The notes: generated by a model from the letters alone, not told the origin. 63,146 nt of DNA, filler included, from Octopus bimaculoides (GCF_001194135.2; 6 parts of 5 records of this genome joined end to end with filler, not necessarily neighbours in it); one strand, 5' to 3'; counted from the whole stretch's first letter, positions 12,343 to 27,059 are shown. Numbers and translations: made by a program.

Positions 12343-14289
12343 CTATAAAAGAAAAATAATAAAACTATGAACATGACATGTCTGAGAATTGCTGTGACAA
12401 ACATACAAGCGGCTTATTCTACAGGGCCTGAAAATACTTTATTTCTAATGACACACCTCGATATATGGAATAATGGTTACAAATTTGGAATTGTGTAGCT
12501 GCCACACATACACGTCTTTAACTGACTTCCTTGAAAAAGGATTATCTATTTGACTGGTAAAGATTCATTCACCAATATACTACAATCACCAACTCACACT
12601 GACACCTTCTTACTACTGTTGTTACTACTGTTACCACTGCTGCTGCTGTTACTACTTTAACTACTATACTTAACACTTCCCATTGCTCTAAATTATTCCT
12701 CATCAGAACCCAACCTATTTTACTCATTTTAGCTTTTTTTCAATTATCTGTGACTTATTTCTATAAGTTTTAACTAAATATTTCATCCAATCATATCTTC
12801 TTAGAATTGCAACCCTCTGGAACTACGTCCTTTCTTATAGAAATCAACCAACAGAAATTTTAACTCAACCACAATCACAATGGCCTTAATCACCCAAGAG
12901 GGATACAAATTGTTTTCTATCTGTTGAGCTAAATAAAATCTTAGAAATAATGACCAACAAAAATCCATAACTTGTAAATTTCTGGAATCTGTATAAAATA
13001 ATATTTCTTTTTCCATTATTTTTGGTTAATTTTTAGGTATATTTTCAGAAAAATACCTAGCTTCTGGTTTTTATAGATCAAGTAAGTTATGAGTAGTTAA
13101 AGGTGAAATGTTTGTTTTAGACGATGTACTTAGTGTATAGAGCTACAGTATAATAGCATTCACATAGTGACATGAAAGTTAGCTTTGCCATTGTTTGAAC
13201 AGCTACCAAGTATAAAAGAGATAACACATCCCAGTTGAAACTAGGCAGCAGTCTTCATGGCTAAGATAACAGACAAACAGATCTAACTGGAATCAGTCAC
13301 ATGGCAACACTCTGTCGAGAATATCTGTTGCATTTCTAACAAGCTTTTGTGTTTTACATTTTCTTTTCTTTCTTTCATAATTTGTTGACATCTTTTATCT
13401 TTTACTTGTTTCAGTCGTGAGACTGTGGCTATGCTGGGGCACCACTGTGAAGAATTTTTAGTTGAATGAATTGACCCCAGTACTTATATTTTTTTTAAAG
13501 CCAGGTACTGATTCTATTAGTCTCTTTTTCTGAACTGCTAAGTTAGGGGGATGTAAACACACCAACACTGGTTGTCAAGAAGACATAAAGACACACACAC
13601 ACACAATGGGCTTCTTTCAGAGTCTGTCTATCAAATCCACTCACAAGGCTTTTATAAACCTGTGCTATAGTAGAAGACACTTGCCCAAGATATCATGTAG
13701 TTGGGAAGCAAGCTTCTTACTATACAGCCATGCCTGTTAATTTTGGATTATTTTAGTTTGTATCTGAAGCTTTTTAGAAACTAACAAGTTCAGAACAGCA
13801 ACTTATGTGTATTAAGGTACATATGCACATGCGTGTGCATGCATGTATACATACATACACACACACACACATGTATGGAAAATATTAAATCACTAAAATA
13901 TTGTGTAATAGTTATTGTTGGTTTTAATATCAAGTTGTTGAGCATTACAACATGTAAATAGGGCAACTTTAAAGAATTTGCATCGATGAAACATCCTGCT
14001 TTCAGTCACAAGAACTCTAGGTAAGTTCTAATTTTACACTTAAAGATTTAAAATTATACATTTAGTGTCATATTTTCAAATGAATAATGTGATAAATGTA
14101 AGAAGTTTTAACTTGAAAATTTACTGAAAAAAAAAAAAAATCCAATACACCTCACACTACTGCTCTTTTAATTAACGGTACTAGGCTTATATATTTCAAG
14201 CAGTATTGATTATAATAAACCACAGAGTGTTACCTGTCATATGACAGGTAACTTTGGAAGTAAACATTTATATACACATTCAGAATGAG

Positions 14290-14830
14290 CAGAACTAGTG
14301 CTTCATTTAACAGACTGCAGGAGAGGCTGTGGAAAAATAGACATGTTTCTACACATGTCAAATGTCAGGTATATATACCAGGCTAGTATGCTTTCTTCCC
14401 TGCTGTATGGAGCTGAAACTTGGACAGTCAATAAAGCTCAATTAGACAAGTTATATGCATATATGATGAGACAGCTGTGATGAATTATGAATATCATTCT
14501 TTTTGACAAGATCAGATATGAAGAGATCTTATGGCATGCTGGTCTGCTTCCAATGATCAAAATTCCCATTGATAGAAATTTACATTGGTTGGGTGACATA
14601 CATGGGATGGACAACAACAGGCACTCCAGACAAATCTTTTACTCCCAATAATGCAAGGGAAAAAAGAAATCAGGGGAGATCTAAACTGAGATTCAAAGAT
14701 AGTGCAAAAAGGAATATGAAGTGGAAAGGAACTGAACATAATAAATGATAAACTCAAATGAAAATCCGATGAGTATGGAGAAAGCTTATCAAATCATGCC
14801 AAAGCTATGAACAGTCATAGTCTTGATGAC
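14290..14830 (+). mobile_element. RTE-type LINE 3-prime fragment
   Basis: LSSLLYGAETWT, followed by degenerate HWLG.I..M...R...QIFYS...RFKD motifs. Confidence 0.75.
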
Positions 14831-14849
14831 TGACTGCAGTTAATATACA

Positions 14850-16990
14850 TGTTGTGTGGGGAATCTGTACACCTTGGCTAAGTTAGTATAAATGAGCATG
14901 TGCAGAACAGTCTAAGGAGAGAGTCATATGCACAGTCATATTGTACAGGTCGTAGGAATTATTGAATAGAGATATTCTGGAGTGCTTGTTGAAGATGCAC
15001 AGTTGGAGAGTAATAAGAGAACACCAGGAACATTTGATGTTATAACAGTTCAGATATAACAGTGATGACAAGAAGTCATACATCATATCAGTGGCCACTG
15101 TATAACTGTGTTGTTATAACAGTGGTAACAAAGTTACGAATGCTTGTAGGAGTGTCAAAATGGAAGAACTACTAGTTTCCATTGTGAAGCAACAACAACA
15201 GTTGCAGCAGCAGCTGTTACAACAGCAGCAAGAATACTGTGAACAGCAACAGCAACAACAGCAAAACCAGTAGTTGATAAAATTATTGCTACAATCCAAG
15301 AATGCAGCGGCATCGTATTCAGCGGATGGAGTAGCTAACTCTATTGAAAGATTCCTGTATAACCCCGAAAATGGGATTACATTTTCTTCATACAACAGAA
15401 GGTATGAAGAAATATTTAAAGAGGAGTGCAAAGGCTGGACAAATGAAAAGAAGGTAAGACTTCTTTTGCGTAATCTAGCTCCGTCAGAGCATGAGAAATG
15501 CTGCAACTTTATTCTACCAAAAAAACTGCCAGAAATTTGTTTTGAAGAAACAATTAAAGTATTAACCAATATATTCCGTGAAAAGAGCTCGCTATTCAAC
15601 ATACATTGGGAATGCCTAAATTTGAAAAAAAATGAAAATGATGACTTTGTTACACATGCAGGAATTGTAAATAAAGCATGTGGAAAATTCAAGTTAGGAG
15701 AGTTGTCCCCAGATATGTTTAAATGTTTGATATTAGTCAAAGGATTAACTACAAGTGAGGATGCAGAAATATGAGTGAGAATATTAACAAAATTGACACA
15801 AGACACTGAATTAACTTTGCAAAAAGTGACAGAAGAATGTCAATGTATTATTAACCTACAGCAGGATACTGGAAAAAAATTGAAAATAATAATATAAATG
15901 TACAGGCACATTGACCTATGACAAACAAAAAAATAAAACAAATAAGGCCCAAACTGTGTTATGGTTGTGGTGAGTTGCACTTCAAAAGGGACTGCTTCTT
16001 TAGGAATAGAGAATGTTTTTCTTGTGGCAAAATGGGGCATAAACAGTTGCAATGTTGGGCACAAAAGAAAAAGTCAAATGGAAAAACAAAGTGTTTTCAA
16101 TAAAAACTGATAGGGAGACAAAAAAAAAAACGATCATTTGTATCAGTAAAAATTAATAATGTACAAACAAGATTACAATTAGACACAGAGTAATTTTTCA
16201 ATAATAAATACTGAAACTTGCAAAAAATTGGAAGACCTATGTTCAAGAAAACAAAGCAAATAGCTTGTGGAGTCTCTGGGTGAATTGATGCCAGATGTAA
16301 CATTTCATGGCAAGACATTCAAAGGTCTACATATCAGAAAATACCATGAATCTGTTTGATACAGATTGGATGGAGACATTTAATGTGGGATTTGCCCGTA
16401 AGTATTTCCTGTAATAATGTGAATGCATTGCATGCCAGATCAAACAAGGTATCTGAGAAGTTACAAATGAAATTAAAAAATTTATATCCTGATGTTTTTT
16501 CAGAACTTGGTACATGTACGAAAATAAAAGTGAAATTCCAACTAAAAGAAAATGCCATTTTGGTTTTAAAACCAAAGAAAGCTGTGCCTTTTGCGGCACT
16601 GAATCAAGTAGAAAAAGAATTGAAAAGACTTGAGAATACTGGTGTAATACAAAAATTAGTCTATTCGGAAATGGGTAGCGACAATTGTGTACATAAAAAA
16701 GGAAAATAACAAAATAAGGGTTTTTGCCAATTTTTCAATGGGATTGTCTGAAAACTTATAACTATCTGTTACCAAGTCCAAACTGTTGCCAAACTTAATG
16801 GGGGTAAAAGCTTTTCTAAACTGGATTTATTGGAAGCTTATTTGCAGCTGCAGATAGACGAAGAATGTTTCAAGCTGTTAACGATAAACACGCACAAAGA
16901 GTTATACAGGTTTACCCAAATTCCTTTCAGAATAAAAGTCGCACCTGCAATTTTTTGACAGGTTATGGATACAATGTTAGCAGACTGTCT
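14850..16990 (+). mobile_element. Ty3/Gypsy LTR retrotransposon remnant (putative 5-prime LTR, gag, zinc knuckles, partial RT)
   Basis: Poly-Q-led gag (IERFLYNPENGITFSSY...), CYGCGELH and CFSCGKMGH knuckles, YPDVFSELG, AALNQVEKELKRLE, FSKLDLLEAYLQL, APAIF. Many stops and frameshifts. Confidence 0.85.
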
Positions 16991-17226
16991 AATAGTCAGA
17001 ACTCCTCCATACATGCATATACATTAAATCCCAAGTAGTATTAAAATGATGTCAGAGTTAATATTTGAATATCTCAATTGTCCAGCTAAGAAATATATCT
17101 ACAATATATTAGTAGTCATAAATGTTTTTTTAAACAAATTTCTGAAAGGAGTAGATAAACAAAAAAATCAAGGAAATAAGTCTTGATATAAAATAATATT
17201 TAAAAAAAAAAACATTAGTAACTAAC

Positions 17227-17354
17227 TTTAATTTTCCATCTGCTGGACTTCCTTTGTTGACATGACCAATAAATATTGATGTATCATGAGGAAACTGAGG
17301 ATCATCAATACCACCAACCAACTCAAAACCAAGGTTGCTAGTATCTTGACCATT
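17227..17354 (-). CDS. DLG5: DLG5 exon: PDZ1 N-terminal half
   Basis: attcag acceptor, gttagt donor, 128 bp. NGQDTSNLGFELVGGIDDPQFPHDTSIFIGHVNKGSPADGKL(K), with a GLGF-like loop. Phase 0 to phase 2. Confidence 0.93.
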
Positions 17355-17892
17355 CTGAATCAAATAAAGGAGAAAAAAAATTAAAGACTTTAAAAACAAA
17401 AAGTTATTAAAAATGTTTTATCACAAAAACTGGTTTAAAAACAAAAAATTACATACTGACTTTTTCAAAAGGCAGGTCAACATATGAATTAATGTCTCTT
17501 AAAATTGCTTAATCCTTTGATACCAACCTGCTCAAGATCATACCTGGCTCTTTGAGACAAACTTCTGTTTTCAAGTGCTTTAGATTGAAACCTTCCATCA
17601 AAATTTATGTTCCAAACACCAGTTTAATAATGACAAAATAATTTTACTAAATTGCTCATTATTTCCAGAATTAATTGAGATTGAATCAGGATATTTCAAC
17701 AGAAATATTGTAACAAAATGGTTACAGACTGATTTTATCAACCCTTTTGATACTAATCCACATAAAAACCACCCATCAATACAAACTTCCTCTTCCAAAG
17801 TAATCTAAATTAACTTCCAGGAAAATTTCATGTTAATTTATGCTCCAACCACCAGCTGAATAATAACAAAGCTATCCATAATGAGAATTGAT

Positions 17893-18155
17893 CATCATCA
17901 TCATCATTGTCGTTTAATGTCCGCTTTCCATGCTAGCATGGGTTGGACGATTTGACTGAGGACTGGTGAAACCAGATGGCTACACCAGGCTCCAATCTGA
18001 TTTGGCAGAGTTTCTACAGCTGGATGCCCTTCCTAACGCCAACCACTCAGAGAGTGTAGTGGGTGCTTTTACGTGCCACCGGCACGAAGGCCAGTCAGGC
18101 AGTACTGGCAACGGCCACGCTCAAAATGGTGTATTTTATGTGCCACCTGCACAAA
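17893..18155 (-). mobile_element. Short (GAT)n-tailed repeat sharing the RTE LINE 3-prime end, family C
   Basis: Near-identical to 24766-25011, 24181-24345 and 42690-42877; older copies at ~896-1170, 29400-29545 and 36720-36920; similar to 20940-21110. Confidence 0.8.
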
Positions 18156-18560
18156 AGCATAAAAAAAAATCCACAGTAATTAAGAGCTCAATTAATAACT
18201 GGTCATTAAAATCTAACATACCATACTGAGTGGGACTGACTAGCATGTATACATGTAAATGGTTAAAATGATCTTATTTATCATATTTAGAATAAAAGCA
18301 GAAAAGCATAAATTTCACTTAAAATTCATACTTTATGTTTAAAGTTATCTAACTAAATTCTACTTTATTTCCAAAATCAACTGTAACAAAGGCAATGTAT
18401 TTCAATGGAAATATGGTTACAAGAGGGTTGAATCAATAATGTTGTCTTTTGTGTTTATAGCTACACAATATTTCAATTGTGTATTCTCCCATCTCCACGG
18501 ATCATATTTTACATACCTTTTAGTAGATAAAAACAACCAAAACATTTAGAAACTGAGGTA

Positions 18561-18674
<114 letters not shown>

Positions 18675-18794
18675 CTTATGATGATGATGATGATTTTGAT
18701 AAAAAGTGGAGTAAGCAAATCCCTTGCACAGCCCATACAGTAATTTGTTTAAAGGGAGGCTAGACATCAGTTTTATCTAGCTAGGGTAGAAGCA

Positions 18795-21110
18795 AAAAAG
18801 AAGAGATCTACCAATGTCCTACAGTGTGAAGATCAGAGACTTGAAGTATTCTGGATTGCTAGACTGTGTCAGTGAGAATCAAGATATTGTCAGAAAGAAA
18901 TGTGTGCAGATTGATAATGGTATGCTTGCACTTAATGATGTAGGCAAGAAAGAGGCGTGGAAAAGTTGAATGTAGAGAATGAATAGGATAAAGGATAAGG
19001 GGAGTCTCCCTCATGTGAACCTAACAGAGAAACCAGCTATCCTAGCAGACAGCAGTATTGTAGCTAAGGCAATTAAAAACATGAAAACTGGGAAAATCCC
19101 AGGTCCATCCAGAATCACAGGTGAGATGCTCAAAATATCTTGTAAGGTAGTATACAGGTTAGCCACCCACATAGCTAATCAGGTCATTCAGGAAGGTGTA
19201 ATACCCAATGACTGGCATAATTGTTAGCTGCTACAAGGATAATGGTGATGCTTCAGTTAGAATCAAGTATAGAGGCATCAAACTACTGGACCTGGTGATG
19301 AAAGTTACAGAGAGAGTTATAGCCAAATTAATGAGGAACAGAATTAGGCTAATTGAAATGCAGTTTGGCTTTGTTTGAGGAAGAAGCACTACTGATGCTA
19401 TTTTCATAGTCAGGCAACTGCAAGAGAAGTACTTAGCTAAGAATAAACCATTATAGTTGGCAATGTTGATCTCAAGAAAACCTTCGATAGAGTGCCTGCA
19501 GTGTGATATGGTGAGCTCTGAGGAAACTAGGGACAGATAAGTGGCTGGTAAAAGCTGTGCAGGCCATGTACAAAGACTGTCAGTAAGGTGAGAGTTAACC
19601 ATGAGTACAGTGAAGAATTTGATGTACAGGTAGTTATTCATCAAAACTTAGTCCTTAGTCTCCTCCTTTTCATCATTGTCCGGAAGCCACTGGGAACTAC
19701 TGTATATTGATAATCTTGCCCTCATGGCAGATTCCATAGAAGAGAAATTCCAGGTGTGGAAGCAAAACTTGGAAGCTAAAGACCTTATGGTTAACTTAGC
19801 AAAGACTACGGTGTTAGTAAACAAAAAAACTGATAGGACCCTACCCCACTTAGGTAGATGGCCCTGTTCAATTTGTAGAAAAGGTGTAGGCAAGAACTCC
19901 ATACCGAATACCCAGTGTCAGCTATAGACACACAAAAGGTGCAGTGGATTAATAGGAAGGTTTAGCAGAGATGATAGTTTTCGTATGTGGAAGATGCACA
20001 GGATCCATAAAAACTTTAGAGACTCAGAAAATTGATTCTTTCAAATGCCCTAATGGATCATTAGAGGTAGTAGATAATTTCTGCTATGTAGGGGACCAAA
20101 TTAGTAGTGGGGAGGATGCACGGAGAATGTGGTAGCTAGAATAAAAATAGGATAGAGGAAATTCAGAGAGCTATTACCTCTGTTGGCCATGAAAGGTTTC
20201 TCACTCCAAGTGAAAGGAAGATTGTATGTTGCATGTATACACATAGCAATTCTACATGATAGTGAGATGTGGGTTCTAAATGCAGAGGACATATGAAGGT
20301 TAGAAAGGAATGAGGCTAGTATGCTCCACTGCATGTGTAATTTAAATGTACATGTTCAACAGAGTGCTAGTGTTTTGAGAGAGAATTTAGGCATAAGAGG
20401 AATTAGCTGCTGGGTGCAAGAGAAAAGGCTACACTGGTTTGGTTATGTGATATGGATGGATGCCAACAGCTCCGTAAAGAAGTGCTAATCTCTCAAAGTA
20501 TAGGGTGGCCACAACGTCACACACCATGGGAGATATCAAATATACTTTATTAACAATGAAATAGGTAATCCATTACAAATGTTCAATATCTGCCTCCATC
20601 CAATGAGGATTGGCTCGTGAGTAATATTGGCAGTTGTGAAAAGAGATAAAAAAAAAAGAAAGAGAATGTTAGCAATTTCACATACTGCAGGACGGTGTGT
20701 GTGATTTTATGGCCACCTTGTAGATGGAACACATAGAAGTGGGAGACCCAGGAAGACATGGGATGAAGTACTGACGAATGATCTCAGGATGCTGAACCGT
20801 TCAAGTGAGATGACAAATGACCGAGATACCTAGCACTTTGCTGTACTCAAGAAGACCTGTGCTCCACAGGAGAAGTGTTAAGACTGGTCCCTCTGGTGCT
20901 AAGAAGCACTCGTGGCAGTGTCACGTAAAAGTATCCAGCACACTCTGTAAAGTGGTTGGCATTAGGAAGGGCATCCAGCTATAGAAACCATGCCAAATCA
21001 GACTGGAGTCTGATGCAGCCCCCCAGCTTACCAGCTCTGGTCAAACCGTCCATTCCATGCCAGCTTGGACAACAGATGTTAAATGATGATGATGATGATG
21101 AATGATGATG
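18795..21110 (+). mobile_element. RTE-clade LINE, 5-prime truncated and degenerate, with (GAT)n tail
   Basis: MKTGKIPGPS, YRGIKLL, QFGF..GRSTTDAIF..RQLQEKY, LLY.D.L, WPCSICRKGVG, RLHWFG. The 3-prime UTR ends in gatgat repeats. Confidence 0.88.
20501..20720. mobile_element. Tc1/mariner-type MITE nested in the RTE LINE
   Basis: Ends tagggtggccac and tggccaccttg, TA on both sides; the LINE sequence resumes after it. Confidence 0.7.
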
Positions 21111-22332
21111 GTAATGGCTTGTGCGGAACCATTCCCATTTTTTGTTACCGCTGATACAGTTAACAGTTGGTGCAAGTATGCCACAAAACTGATGAACAGC
21201 AGACACAACAGGGTGACCATTAACTCTCATGAATTCTTCCACTTTTAAATGCACATATATGATATACTGAATCAGTATTTAAGCACCATGAAATACAGTC
21301 ACTGCATTTAAGAGTTCAATTATTAGCATATTGTTAAATTCCACTATATAATACAATGCATTATTCATAAGCGAAATAAAGTTCATACATATATATATAT
21401 ATATATATCATGGACTCTCCTGTTGTTAGACAATGTATGAGGGTTTCGCAATTTCTTGCTGAACAAGCACACAAATGATTTGCTTAAGTGATCAAATGTT
21501 TGTGTTCATAAAAGTTCAATCCTTCCATCAAATCGACATTACCTGTACAGGTGCACCATGTGCCACATGTCAGATGACGAAATGATTGCAGAGCAATGTA
21601 AATTGAAGTGTTTTGCTCAAGAACACAATGCAATGCCTGGGAATCAAAACCACAATCTCACAATTGTGAGTGCAACACCCTAACCACTAAGCCATGAGCC
21701 TCTACACACATATTAAAAAAGGCTAACTGTTCAGGGCAACATATCAAGAATAATAAAAAAAGCAAAAATTTCACAAACAGTTTCCAATTTAATTCTGCCC
21801 TACAGTTTCAAAAGCTTAAATTGAAATAGTGTGTGTGTGTGTGTGTGTGCGTGCATGCTTGAGTGCATGTGTGTCTAATATATGAAGCAAGAAAGGGTTG
21901 GTGACATAAAGGACTTTTAGAAAATTTCCCTCAACAAATTTCCGAAGTATAGAAAAGTGCAATGTTAAAAATAATGATGATGAAGATTATTGAATTTACT
22001 CTTATTCATAAGTGTGTGTGTAGGGTGGGACATTTGCCACAGGCATGTTAAGTCTTTCTAGACTGAAGTAATAAAGATAAGTAGACGAGATTACTGTGGT
22101 TGTATTCAGTTTAATTACTGATGGACATTAGGGAAAATATAGATAGGAAGACTGTTCAAGACAAATAGCATTTTTCTATGTATTGCAACCATGTGTATAA
22201 TTCAGTGAAAAACCACTTTTAAAGATTTGCTTGAACTATCTTATTTTATTTACCACTACTTTCAACAATTGATCTACAACACTTTGAAAGAAAGAAAGAA
22301 TATATATTCTTAGATATAGCTATTTCACTTAC

Positions 22333-22468
22333 GATGTCTATCTCGTGTGTCTCTGTTTCCCATTCTAACATGTCAGCATCAATAGCAGAGTCACGGCTAT
22401 GGTTGTGCCCAATGGAATTCAGTTGATATTTTCGTGTCTCTTTCTCTAAGAAGGCAACATGCTTCTCT
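22333..22468 (-). CDS. DLG5: DLG5 exon: end of coiled-coil region and linker before PDZ1
   Basis: ttttatttcag acceptor, gtaagt donor. Translates xEKHVAFLEKETRKYQLNSIGHNHSRDSAIDADMLEWETETHEIDI. The DSAIDxDxxEWETE motif matches the DLG5 pre-PDZ1 linker. Ends in phase 0, matching the next exon. Confidence 0.9.
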
Positions 22469-25112
22469 CTGAAATAAAATTAAATTGCATTAGAGATAAT
22501 AATATAAAAATCAAATCAACTTAAATATTTACTGACACTATCAAAAGTACACACACACATATGCATGTCATTTTAAATTATTAGCTCTTTACCTGATAAA
22601 CAAGTCATGGAAAATATTTGATAACTCAGTCAAAACATTGCTATATTATATATTACTAGCAGCTAAGCCCGGTTTCAGCTGGTCTGTTTGGATGATGTGG
22701 CTGTGATCGTTCTCGGTTAGGCATAATCTATAACAGTGTTTCTCAACCTTATCATTTCAGGTCCCCTGTTTCGATTGGAGCCTCCAGCTGTATGAAAATT
22801 TCCTCCCCTNNNNNNNNNNNNNNNNNNNNNNNNNNNNNNNNNNNNNNNNNNNNNNNNNNNNNNNNNNNNNNNNNNNNNNNNNNNNNNNNNNNNNNNNNNN
22901 NNNNNNNNNNNNNNNNNNNNNNNNNNNNNNNNNNNNNNNNNNNNNNNNNNNNNNNNNNNNNNNNNNNNNNNNNNNNNNNNNNNNNNNNNNNNNNNNNNNN
23001 NNNNNNNNNNNNNNNNNNNNNNNNNNNNNNNNNNNNNNNNNNNNNNNNNNNNNNNNNNNNNNNNNNNNNNNNNNNNNNNNNNNNNNNNNNNNNNNNNNNN
23101 NNNNNNNNNNNNNNNNNNNNNNNNNNNNNNNNNNNNNNNNNNNNNNNNNNNNNNNNNNNNNNNNNNNNNNNNNNNNNNNNNNNNNNNNNNNNNNNNNNNN
23201 NNNNNNNNNNNNNNNNNNNNNNNNNNNNNNNNNNNNNNNNNNNNNNNNNNNNNNNNNNNNNNNNNNNNNNNNNNNNNNNNNNNNNNNNNNNNNNNNNNNN
23301 NNNNNNNNNNNNNNNNNNNNNNNNNNNNNNNNNNNNNNNNNNNNNNNNNNNNNNNNNNNNNNNNNNNNNNNNNNNNNNNNNNNNNNNNNNNNNNNNNNNN
23401 NNNNNNNNNNNNNNNNAGAAAGAATTTGTACATAGTCTGTTTCTGAAAACTATTCTATTGGACTTCTGTCTAATCACGTCTTTTAAGTTACACATAGAAA
23501 ATGTGAAGTCATGGTAGAAAATTTTTACGATAGTTGATTTATGGAAAAGATTATGTTAAATTTTTGAAATGCAAATCTGTGAATGAAAATTAAGTTCAGG
23601 CCTGTACATGGTAGCTAGACCTGGTAGAAATAGCAGCCAAATCTCCCTCAAAACACTCTACTGTATTAATGCAACAATTCTGCGTATTATGTAGTTTGAA
23701 TGAGAAACTGTAACTGAAAGTTTTGGCCGACTGTCATCCTGTAGTCCCCTTGTTGCTGTGGTGAGCAACTGGTTGTTTTACTGGCAAAACAAAGAGGGGA
23801 TTTGCATCAGAAAAAGTTTTAATCAATTTTCTCGGTAAGTATGGGGACTAGGAAAAAAATAGAAGAGGCATTAAGAAGTTGACGTTAAGAATTGCTTTAA
23901 CAGTTAGAAAATGTTTGACATTTCAATCATCATTAAAAAATGAAGCTGTAAGAATTTATGGGGAAATTGTATGTAAGAAGTAAAGCAGAAATGATTTGCA
24001 ACTGTACTGCCGAAGTTCTGCAACTTAATAGCAGATGCATCCAATTTAAGAAAAGTGAAGATAAAAGCTAAGTGAAGAAGTATGCAATGAGTCATTGTTA
24101 AACGCTTATAGAAAAAATAGACATGTACCTTTTTAGAGAACAAAATATGGCTGAGAGTTATTGTATTAGACGTTTGTCTTCCTACACTCTCTGAGTGGTT
24201 GGCGTTAGGAAGGGCATCCAGCTGTAGAAACTCTGCCAAATCAGACTGGAGCCTGGTGTTGCCATCCGGTTTCACCAGTCCTCAGTCAAATCGTCCAACC
24301 CATGCTAGCATGGAAAGCGGACGTTAAACGATGATGATGATGATGTCTAATCAGAGAGCAGAAATTAAAAGAAGATATATGAAATGGACATGTGTGTGTG
24401 TATATGTGTGTGTGTTTTTGCGGATAATTTGGCAGGAGTTTTGCAGTCAGCACGAGGTGGTTTGTGTTTATCTCTCGAGTCGAATTGTTGTGAATTTGTC
24501 TGTAATAGCAATGCCTGGACAAGTGAAAATATTTTTTTAATATGTGGTTGGGGAAAAAAGGGGATCTTTTGAAGATGGCGAAAGCGAAAGAGACAGAGAG
24601 AGCACAGTTGTATCAGTGAAGTTCTTTTGAAGTTGCATGAGATGGAAGAATTAATGTGCGTGCGTGTGTCTGTGTGTGTTTGATGGGGTGTGCGAGACAG
24701 AATGTGTGACGTGTATATGAATTGCTTTTGTGAGTGTGTGTGAAGAGACAGAGAGAATAATGTTGATCGTCATCATCATCATCATCATCATTTAACATCC
24801 GCTTTCCATGCTAGCATGGGTTGGACGATTTGACTGAGGACTGGTGAAACCAGATGGCTACACCAGGCTCCAATCTGATTTGGCAGAGTTTCTACAGCTG
24901 GATGCCCTTCCTAATGCCAACCACTCCGAGAGTGTAGTAGGTGCTTTTACGTGCCACGGGCACGAAGGCCAGTCAGGCGGTACTGGCAACGGCCACGCTC
25001 AAAATGGTGTATNNNNNNNNNNNNNNNNNNNNNNNNNNNNNNNNNNNNNNNNNNNNTTAATTAATTAANNNNNNNNNNNNNNNNNNNNNNNNNNNNNNNN
25101 NNNNNNNNNNNN

Positions 25113-25149
<37 letters not shown>

Positions 25150-27059
25150 TCCATACACACACTTTGTAAAGGGTTTGGTATGAGGAAAAGACATCCAGCT
25201 ATGGAAACCATACAAAAGCACAAAGCACTTGTACATGGAACTTGAACTATTCATTTGAACAACGAAAGACACAAATGGAAAACAAGACAAACATAAAGAA
25301 CGACCCTTCATCAGTTGTTGGCTGTTTTTCTAGTCTCATATTTTGAGCATTCAACAACAGTATACGCTTTCAATAAAACGGTTGCTCCCACAAAGCAAAT
25401 TAAATAAAATTTGGGATTTTTGCAGAGGGTCAAAATAGGTAACACAAACAGGACAGTGAAAACAAACAGGAAGGTCTGCTAAGCCTAAACGAGGTTGTGG
25501 TGAGTAACGCTGCGATGGACTGGCGTCCGGTCCAGCTGGGGAACACATATGCCATTGAAACCGGGCCCATAAGCCTGGCTTGGCTTTATAANNNNNNNNN
25601 NNNNNNNNNNNNNNNNNNNNNNNNNNNNNNNNNNNNNNNNNNNNNNNNNNNNNNNNNNNNNNNNNNNNNNNNNNNNNNNNNNNNNNNNNNNNNNNNNNNN
25701 NNNNNNNNNNNNNNNNNNNNNNNNNNNNNNNNNNNNNNNNNNNNNNNNNNNNNNNNNNNNNNNNNNNNNNNNNNNNNNNNNNNNNNNNNNNNNNNNNNNN
25801 NNNNNNNNNNNNNNNNNNNNNNNNNNNNNNNNNNNNNNNNNNNNNNNNNNNNNNNNNNNNNNNNNNNNNNNNNNNNNNNNNNNNNNNNNNNNNNNNNNNN
25901 NNNNNNNNNNNNNNNNNNNNNNNNNNNNNNNNNNNNNNNNNNNNNNNNNNNNNNNNNNNNNNNNNNNNNNNNNNNNNNNNNNNNNNNNNNNNNNNNNNNN
26001 NNNNNNNNNNNNNNNNNNNNNNNNNNNNNNNNNNNNNNNNNNNNNNNNNNNNNNNNNNNNNNNNNNNNNNNNNNNNNNNNNNNNNNNNNNNNNNNNNNNN
26101 NNNNNNNNNNNNNNNNNNNNNNNNNNNNNNNNNNNNNNNNNNNNNNNNNNNNNNNNNNNNNNNNNNNNNNNNNNNNNNNNNNNNNNNNNNNNNNNNNNNN
26201 NNNNNNNNNNNNNNNNNNNNNNNNNNNNNNNNNNNNNNNNNNNNNNNNNNNNNNNNNNNNNNNNNNNNNNNNNNNNNNNNNNNNNNNNNNNNNNNNNNNN
26301 NNNNNNNNNNNNNNNNNNNNNNNNNNNNNNNNNNNNNNNNNNNNNNNNNNNNNNNNNNNNNNNNNNNNNNNNNNNNNNNNNNNNNNNNNNNNNNNNNNNN
26401 NNNNNNNNNNCGTAGACGAGAACACACGAGCCACATAGAGAACATCTCCTTCATCAGCCACCCACGTTTTAACACCGGCGTTTCGACGAGCTTGGGCAGG
26501 ACGCATCGCTAAAACGGCTCGTCCCATGGATCGCAGATTAAATTTGTATACGCAAATTAAATCTAGCCATGGAGGAATGTAGTGGCGGACAAAAAACAAG
26601 ACAGGAAAACAAACAGAAAAGGCTTTACGGCCAGACGAGAAAAATTATGTGTGTAAGAACGTGATGAAGCACGGACCCGAGAGGGACAAAGTGGTGCGTG
26701 CGTTGCTTGGCGAAAGCCAAGGAAGGAAAGGATTATTGACCGGAAGCATGTGGAGCTTCTTTCAGTTTCCATTAACTACATTCACTTACAAGGTGCAGCA
26801 CAATAGGACTGAACTGTGAACCATGTGAGTGGGAAGCTAGCTTCTTACCACACAGCCATGCCAATCAAAAACATATACTGATGAATACAGAATACAGAAA
26901 AGTTAGTATAGAAATTATGAAGCAATTAATCCTATTATATCTAGCTGCTCATTCTTAGATCAAAATTGAGTATGTAAACAGACATGACAGAGATGCAGCT
27001 TCCATACACTAGAAATTATATCATCATCATAGAACAATCAGAGAGAAGAGAGACGGTTT

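Noticed and set aside
17955-17980. CUGAGGA-CUGGUGAAACCAG in family C repeats as a hammerhead
   Set aside because: No stem II can form between the core and GAAA, and there are no matching stems I or III.
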